A stretch of DNA of 56,257 nucleotides, counting the filler, from Basidiobolus ranarum (Eukaryota), in assembly GCA_040143965.1 (NCBI GenBank). It is 5 parts of 5 records of this genome, joined end to end, with 100 filler letters (N's around TTAATTAATTAA, not from the genome) between each part and the next. Parts side by side here need not be neighbours in the genome. Positions count along the whole stretch, not along the records: positions 45,112 to 56,257 come from JASJQH010000634.1; 4 more parts are not named here. The stretch is one strand, 5' to 3'. How positions within the stretch are numbered: position 1 is the first letter of the stretch; every line of letters starts with the position of its first letter. Of this stretch, positions 48,536 through 56,257 are shown piece by piece. A model generated the notes under the pieces. It searched no databases. It worked only from the letters and a program-made list of their open reading frames with translations, and had not been told where the DNA came from. A program made the translations under genes and the position numbers.

Positions 48536-51500
48536 GGTTAGGCTATCAATGGCAGGTGGTTGTTGTAATGGGTTGAATACGGAGGTTGTTTGTGTGATTG
48601 GTTCACTGGTGGTTTCAATATCGTTGTAATAGTTAAAGTTCGTTTTGTACGCAGGTAATATGGCGTTCGCGATTGCGGTAGCAGTTCGTGGGTTTCAAAT
48701 AAGTATGTAGGTATATACACGTCAACGGGCATAGTTGAGGCTCTGGTTTACAATTCCATGCTGGGCAAAAATTGAATACGTTGTAAAAAGGGGGGACTTG
48801 TACAAGAAAATCAAATATTTAAAAGGTAGTAGTAGTAGTAGCAGTCAGTTAGTTAAAAGTACGACTTGGTGCTGATCAAATCAATGATTGTATCAAAGGA
48901 GTAGAAGCAGCTGGAGTTCCGGAAGCTTTCCTTTGAGAAATGCAAAGTGCGTGGGATGAACACCTGATTAAAGGAGGACACGCGAAACAGGAATTCGTTT
49001 TACAAGTAGGGTATGCAGGAGTGGAGAAGGGGAAAATAATAGATAAATAAAATAATTAATTGATGTCAAGACTTCTGAAACAAAGGCCCACAATGATGAG
49101 AGAGGACTTTCGCTTGAGAAGTTTTGATCAGACAGTAGGAAGTAGTGGTTTTAGGCTACTAGATGTCGCGCGTTGTTAAGGCCTTGGGAACGATGGACGG
49201 CTGCAAGGGAATAATTATTGGGTTGATGGGCACGACTAATTCAGTTGCTAACAGTTGCTAAATCTTATTGGTGAGCGCAAGCGACTCTGAGCTAAAGAAG
49301 CTTGAGTGTTAGAGGTGGAATGGGGGGAACCTTACGAGAAGGAAAACTGAATAGGAATCAGGAAAGGATGTCTGCGGCTCTTATAATGGGCGAGTCATCA
49401 TCTGATTTGCTGACTGATCCATTTCGAGGATGACGAGATTGTACAATAATGAATCGATATGATGATGAATTAATATTTTAGGATTTCTCAACATCAGCTG
49501 TTTCATCGGATTTCGTTTGTGGAAGATCTGAGTCATGAATATATTAAGGGGCGCACTATTCTAAAATGGAAACGAAAGGAAGGCGACAGATTGTTCGTGC
49601 ATCCAAAAGACCCGTCAGATTAGTTTCCGGTTATAAAGTGCGAGAATGTACCGGCGGAATTAATAGCCATCAAACGAATCGATTTGCAGCCAATGGATGA
49701 CAAAGTGGTGTTTCAAAGCTACCTATACCAATGGCACAATATAAGAATCATCAGGCTCTTTGTTTACTCCATCTTAACCGGGAATGCGTAAAAATAGCCA
49801 TTTCCCCAACAGGAAATCATGGGCTTTTGCTGCGAGTAATGATGCCATAACGAGCATTCGCAATCAGGCCATGTACGGAATGATACCATCTGTATACGCG
49901 ATGATACACAAGTCGCCATCCACCCGCCGTAGGAGATTTAGGCTGGCTTCGACCGTAGGAGATATATGCTCACTCTCGTCAGCTTCGGTAGGGTGCGTTC
50001 GGTGCCATCTTCTGCTGCAAATAAGAGTCCGAGTAACCTACTCTAAAAAGCTGGGTTGTGTGGCATGGGATGGCCCATACTCTAATTGGTTTCAAAACCC
50101 TGGAAATTCCTCTGCTCGACACTGGTATTTTTGGCCTATCCAGCACCTAAAGCATCCAGTTTGACCGTCTTCCTGGACCGTGTGTTTCAAATCAAACACT
50201 GCTGCAAGGAACCAGTCAGCGTACACCCTCATTTCATTAGTCTCAAAGTGGTCACACGACGTGTGTTTGGCCTCTGCATGCCTTCTTCAAGGATCTGGGT
50301 CGGATCCATCGAGCAAGTACCGGTGTTTCTGTGTTTAACCACCTTCCTCCCAGGAAACCTCCTCTGCAAGTATAGGCGAGAGAGCAGCTCGGGGAGCGTC
50401 CAGACCTGATTGCCAAATCCCATACTTTGCAAATATCGATACTTATTAAATATCGCCAATATAGCCAATTTAGCTAATTGGATTGAGTGTAACCTTCTGA
50501 TTGGGTCTGGCGGTAAATTGGTAATCAGCTCTTTAACCATACAGCGCTAGTCTAGCTTCCGCATATTAATGGCCGCAATTTATCGCCAATTATACTCCAC
50601 AGTCCAGAAGCCTCTTTCTTTCTCCACCGATCCTACCTTATTTCCAATAATCACTGCCAAGAAGAGAGTCTCCGGCACCCACCCAATGTTACCTTAAATG
50701 CCCTATCAGTCGGTGGTCAACTGTAAATAGGTCGAGACTGCTCTTTAACTCAACAACAACCCTTACTGCTTAGTGATCAGGACCCTGAGATATTACTAAG
50801 CCACTTTCTGGGCTTAGATCAACCATCTCACTGTTCTATGTCGACTTGCCACCACACCCATATTGGATGAAGTCAGCTTTGCATAGATGGTGGTTTCAGT
50901 TTGTTGTTATCACACATTCATTTGTGCCATCCCATGTCCAAGTAGTTAGGCCTCATACCAGATGAAGCAAGAATAAGCGTAATCCTCGAACGCTGCAATT
51001 TAGGGTTTAGGTCAGTAGGGTTCAGTAAAAGTTCCCAAGTATTCTGATTGGTTGACTGCGCCCTGGTGGATGATAGATCATTCCCGATTTGTCCACTGAC
51101 GGTAGATCTCGTTCAAATAGGAGCCACCAGAATACACTAGAAGGATTAAGGTGGCCTAATGGATGGCTTATTAGATGAGGTAAGAGTAAGGGTTAGGGAT
51201 GGTCTGGCTTAATGAGTAGGGTCTATGCTTAGGTGGATGCATTTGAATGCTCTTGGGAGATGTGACACAGGACTATTAGGCAAACACGTCTCTACTCACA
51301 CTTGCTAATCTACCATATATAATTCATCATCATATCATCCCCAACCAATGCGTGTGCAGATGCATTGCCATACGGGTATGTCTAGCTCTAAGCCAAAGTG
51401 GGGCAATCTTGTTTAGTATACATATGAAATTAGTCCACATTACCATTTAGCTGATTGGTCCCCATCGCTCGCTTTGTTGACTTTGTTGTTTAGATGTTTA

Positions 51501-51661
51501 GATGTTGTCCACTTATGGTCATGAAGTCAAAGATATACTTGGATTGCAAGCAGTCCTGGCTCTACATTTTTGTTTACTAAATATTTCCATTGAAGCCCCC
51601 GTCTCCAACCACGTGACTCTCGGGCAACTCCACTTCTCCACTCTATACCAACTCTAGAACA

Positions 51662-54425
51662 ATGTTTGAACTGAAATTCAAGACCAAAAGTATCAAGACA
51701 TATGGGAAGCGCAGACATAGAGTCGTATCGTACCTCGACAAGAGCCCTGCCTCGTCTACAATTCCAAACACTCCTGGCCTTTGTGTGGTGAAAAACGTTA
51801 TACCCGAAAAGATTGACCCCACTCCAAAAGTCAAAAGGCAAGTAGACCGGTTGAAAACACCTATATTGCCCAATAAGCCTGTCTATAACCAGGTATTCAC
51901 AGGTGACTTGAAGAATGGTGAGCCCAAGGCTACATATCAAGGATTATTGCATCTTTCACAAATCACATACACGAAGGATAAGTTAGCTCCTACACAGCCC
52001 CAAATTACTACTGTAATTCACAACGACGGACCTGATTCAGAAGGTCCAAACACTACTCAAGGATCGGCCTTGAATACATGCTCCCTCACGAATTCTACGA
52101 TTAATTCAAAGTCGACGAGAGACACCGAGTTGAATGCTGCTCGCAACCAATCAATAGACGAAATCAAGCCCCTTCGTTCAGACGACCTTCCAAGTATAGT
52201 GAACAACCAAGAGAAAAATACCAACGATGATATTACGTGGTTCCGATCTCACCGAGCCCTACGCCCAACCCATATTCCAATCGAGATTTTATCTTCCGAG
52301 TCAGAAGTTGAAACTAGCCCGATTCCAAGGCGAGTTCGATCTCCACTTGAGCCAAAGTCGAAAATCAACCCCTCGTCAGCTTCTACAGAAACTACCAGCC
52401 CGACGCGCACACGCTCAGGAAGACAGCTTTGCCAATTTAAAGCAAATAACCCAGACACTGCTTTAGAGCGAAAATCTTTCAGAACCGTCCGAGATCCCAA
52501 GTATGTGGTTTCGTCAGGAAATCACAAGCGCATACTCGTAAATAGTCCTAAACCCTACCGATCTTCTCCCTTCCGTAAACGTCCCACGTTAAAACCCTTT
52601 AGTACATGTGACTTTGAAGTGTTGGTCACTCCCATGAAATTCAAGTCTCAAGTACACTCTGATTTTTTTCAACCCTCAAAGGTTCAGAGCCCATCAAAAA
52701 ACGTCCCTTCGACGTTTTCGCCTCGATTTATGTCTGGTTCGCCACTGGCACGTAGTGTCTCTAGATGTAGCATCAGGTAAGAGTGACGGATAATATCCCG
52801 TTTTTCACTATAAATGTAAAGGCTAAGCATGGATCTTACTTATATTTAGCAAAGCTGCTTTTGAGTCACAGGAGCCTATCATCGGTGTACGTAATGTAAG
52901 TGTCGTGCTTGAAGTGTATATCTTCTAACTTTAAAAGTAAACCTTTATTTCCGACACTTAGGGGAATACTAAAGCGCTCGAAGATCTTCTTCATTTGTTT
53001 GGGCAACAAGATGTCACCACATTCCAGTCATTTTTAGGCTCTGGGTAGGTAACTTTTCTGGAGCTTGTATACTGACGTAATGATTCATTGGTTTTTCGTT
53101 ACATATTATAGTCTAGCTAGTGTGCGTAAGATTGGCGAGGCCACCTTTTCTGAGGTTTTCTCCTGTACATATCCTCCTCTCTCGACAACCGTCGCATTGA
53201 AGGTTCTTCCATTTGGGAAGGGATCAGAAGTGTTAGTCAATGGAGAAGTGCAGAAAACTCCCCACGACATCTACCAGGAAGCTTTCATAACTTTGATACT
53301 GAGTAATCTTGGTACTCTCGGTAAGGACTCTCACACAGATAGTCTCAGCCATTTCATCAAAGTTCACAGGTAAGCTTACTCACATACAGATGCCTCATCG
53401 CTCCAAGAGTGCAATGCAGAGAGGTTGACATAATTTCTAGAGTCGGGATATGTCAAGGAGAGTATCCACAGGAGATGCTGGACCAGTGGGACGAGTGGGC
53501 AGCGAACAATCCATCAGAAAATGAACGCCCAGGTTTGTCCTGCGCTTGAATAACATATGGCATGAGTTAAAGTTGACATGAATTCTCTAGATTTTTTTGC
53601 CCATGATCAGCTATACTGTGTGCTTATTCTTGAGCATGGTGGAAACGATCTCGAGCACGTTAAGCTACAAAGTTGGGATCAAGCAAAGAGCGTGTTGACT
53701 CAAGTAGCTTACTCGATAGGTTTTGCGGAAAAGGTAGACTCGTTGATTTGTTGACTGACAATTCTGATCAATCTTCCCCACTAATACCTCTCTTCTGGAT
53801 AGCATCTGAACTTTGAGGTATCCCGAGTGTCATCAACATCTACTATTCTCACTTTTTCTCACCTTTCTATGTTAGCACCGAGATCTTCATTGGGGAAACA
53901 TCATGGTTGCTGACACCAACCAAGAGTACTTTCAGTTTTCAGAGCCCAATGGATCTACCTCTATGGTCTCTAGCTTCGGTATCAGGGTATCAATCATAGA
54001 TTATACGCTTTCTAGGCTAGAAAGAGACTCCGAGATCTTCTATGTAAGCATTGACGATGAGGAAATCTTCGCTGGCGAAGGTGACTATCAATTCCAAATC
54101 TATAGGATGATCCACTCTGAGACTGGTTGTGATTGGGCGGGCTACCACCCAAGGACAAATATCTTTGTAAGTGAATTTCCATTTCCTGTCTGGTGCCTCT
54201 TTTCATACTAACATTGACTGAAAGTGGCTACACTATCTTTGCGACAAACTGCTCAATAACAAGCGTCTACATAAACGTGCCGTTGCTAGGCGTCCTTTGG
54301 CTGCTTTATATGATCGCATCTTGACCTACTCCAGTGTTCAAGATCTTTTGTCTGATTGCTTCTTCAAGAGTTGCAACAATGTCGATGTGATCAACTCTGA
54401 GTTAGACCTCCTCTCCCTGGAATGA
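51662..54425 (+). CDS. Haspin-family kinase with a long disordered N-terminus
   Basis: KIGEATFSEVF, FEHRDLHWGNI, IIDYTLSRL, GEGDYQFQIYR and TNIFWLHYL; N-terminal IKTYGKR; 15-nt micro-exon at 53803-53817. Confidence 0.93.
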
Positions 54426-54826
54426 TGTGTATGGAGGTAGCGAGATGAACTCCACCACCATCGCAGCTATCATACTACCTCTAATGCTACTTGATGGTCA
54501 GCCTAAATATGTTGGATATTGCCTGTGCATTGAATTTACCCATCTTACCACTCGGCCTGGGTGTTAATGAAATGAGAAAACTGACGATAGTAGAACGTAC
54601 TTATCAAATACTGCAATGATGCTGTATGCTCCTCAATGGTAACATATTTTCACTCATTGTATTACTCCATAATCGCAACATTCTAATGTAGTTATTAGCT
54701 GTTACAATAACAAAGCATAGTTCAAAAGATCTATTAGATCAACTGGAAATAAACTTATATCACTTCAGTAGGCAATCTTTATGGTTAAAGCATGTTAATA
54801 CCATGCTAAGAATACAATATGATTAT

Positions 54827-55075
54827 TGTATGAGAATTACAAGGCCTAAACATCTACATAGTTCAATATGGAATAGCTATATACCAAGCTATATACAACT
54901 AAAATATCACTCATTATTCTCAATTGGAATCTACTTCAAAGTTCTCAGATATGTAACCCACTCAACATAATTATTTGTTTACCCTTTGACAAAGCTCAAT
55001 AAATCAATAAGTGAAAATCACCAGTTCTTTAGATTCTCTAAACCACTTCCAACCAAATCCAAAAATACTTCAATA
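54827..55075 (+). repeat. Degenerate copia LTR fragment
   Basis: Shares GCCTAAACAT, CATTATTCTCAATT.GAAT, CAATAAG.GAAA and TTCTCTAAACCACTTCC with the other LTRs; limits are approximate. Confidence 0.6.
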
Positions 55076-55440
55076 ATATTAACAGCTTTGGTAATTGTGA
55101 CACATGTAGGAAAGGTCAAGGTTTGGCTATTATCTATATGTGTACAAAATATTGAGATGATTGAGGCAATAAGTATTCTCTAAATTTGCCATTGCTTTTT
55201 GTCAAGTAATCAAAATATGTTACATATCCCCACATGTAGATTGACTCTTCTCCTGAAGAGAAATACTTTTTTTTCATCAGTACATGGATTTGTCCTATTC
55301 TGCTGGAGATGGTTTGCTTTCATAAGATTTTCTCTATATATCAATATTGGTTGGATTGTATCTCTTTTATCTCTGAATTAATAAATGTTGAAGGGACATT
55401 TTGAACTATCTTAAGTGGTTTTTTCCACTTGGTTTAAAAC

Positions 55441-55773
55441 TGTTGAAATTAGCATAGCCTAAACATAATCTATATAGTCATCTATTGCCTAATATCTGGT
55501 TACTCTATATCTCACTAAGATATTGCCCATTGTTCACAATTAGAACTTACTTAGATGTTCTCAGATGTAAGGATTTCTCAAACTTGTGCTAAAAGCCCCA
55601 AAGCTTGCATGAATATTCCTGGGATGATCCTTAGCACATTTTCCACATTTGTATGCCTACATCCTGACAAAACTATAAATGTCAATTTTCTACCCAATAA
55701 AACAATAAGTGAAAGTCACTAATTTCACTAGCTTCCCAAACCACTTCCATCAGGCTCCCAAAATACTTTAACA
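55441..55773 (+). repeat. Solo copia LTR (333 bp)
   Basis: TGTTGAAA...TTTAACA with flanks AAAAC/AAAGC (4/5 TSD); homologous to 1420-1768. Confidence 0.85.
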
Positions 55774-56257
55774 AAAGCCTTAGCTTAGTTTTGTTTTTGA
55801 CAATGTATATTGTGTTGTGGCTGCATCAACCTTGATCTGATACCAAGCAATGGCATACTTTTTTTGTAAGCTTATCATTCTTTTGAGGAGCAGCTTGGGA
55901 TTAATGTGTTGGCTAAATTAGTCCAGTCCAGATTGAATTCAATTAAGGTGAGTTTTGGTTGAGTTCTTATCAGGGTTCATAAATAAAGTCATATATAATG
56001 CACATCAGGAGACTTAGAATAAATTCAAGTAAGGCTATGTTCTTGGGCAGGATATGTGTTGCAACAAGTTTTGTAGGTAAATATTAACCAATAGTTTTTA
56101 AATTTTTTGCATGACATTACAGGGGCAAATATTATGACTATTAAGATTGAAATTGGATAGGTAAAATTGGTGGCTTGCAACACCACAAATTGGAGCTCAT
56201 TTTTCTGAACATACAAGTGAAATGAGCTACAGAATGGTCTTTCACACCCAAATATGG
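55774..56257 (-). mobile_element. Highly decayed repeat, possibly a LINE endonuclease remnant
   Basis: CpG-free and AT-rich; weak echoes IVIIFAP (IYAP-like) and QSGLD*F (SRLDY-like) only. Confidence 0.3.

Noticed and set aside
49784-50590. GC-richer patch with ORFs of 100-126 aa and GCCAAT repeats
   Set aside because: No recognisable domain, TIR or TSD; it may be a decayed element but cannot be supported.
51000-51200. Scattered TTAGGG-like words
   Set aside because: Isolated and not tandem, so not a telomeric array.

Overview
Eukaryotic (fungal) DNA, not prokaryotic. The window joins five unrelated contigs of about 11 kb (1-11202, 11303-22483, 22584-33750, 33851-45011, 45112-56257) with an artificial 100-nt linker (N44-TTAATTAATTAA-N44), so adjacency across linkers means nothing. 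Short GT-AG introns, a fused ADE5,7 and alpha-actinin point to an intron-rich, probably early-diverging fungus; Basidiobolus-like is an inference, not a database result. Contig 1 is a CpG-depleted nest of dead transposons: two Ty1/copia pieces, two inverted copies of a two-ORF CACTA/Tnp2-type element, and a nested insertion carrying heat-shock-element-like arrays. Contig 2 is an island of six secreted or surface genes, including two that look bacterial in origin (an actinobacterial-type glycosidase accessory domain and a periplasmic solute-binding protein), a 7TM receptor-like gene and a GH18 chitinase. Contig 3 holds ADE5,7, a UDP-galactose transporter, a stand-alone MULE/WRKY-like zinc finger, alpha-actinin and TRM140/METTL2. 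Contig 4 holds a GH16, a BAR-PH-PH-C2-RasGAP and an Asi1/Asi3-like gene. Contig 5 holds CK2-alpha, a Ran1/Pat1-like kinase with an odd leader, haspin and solo LTRs. The best leads are the contig 2 island (especially the solute-binding protein beside the 7TM gene) and the BAR-fused RasGAP. Family assignments come from motif recognition by eye; no searches were run.
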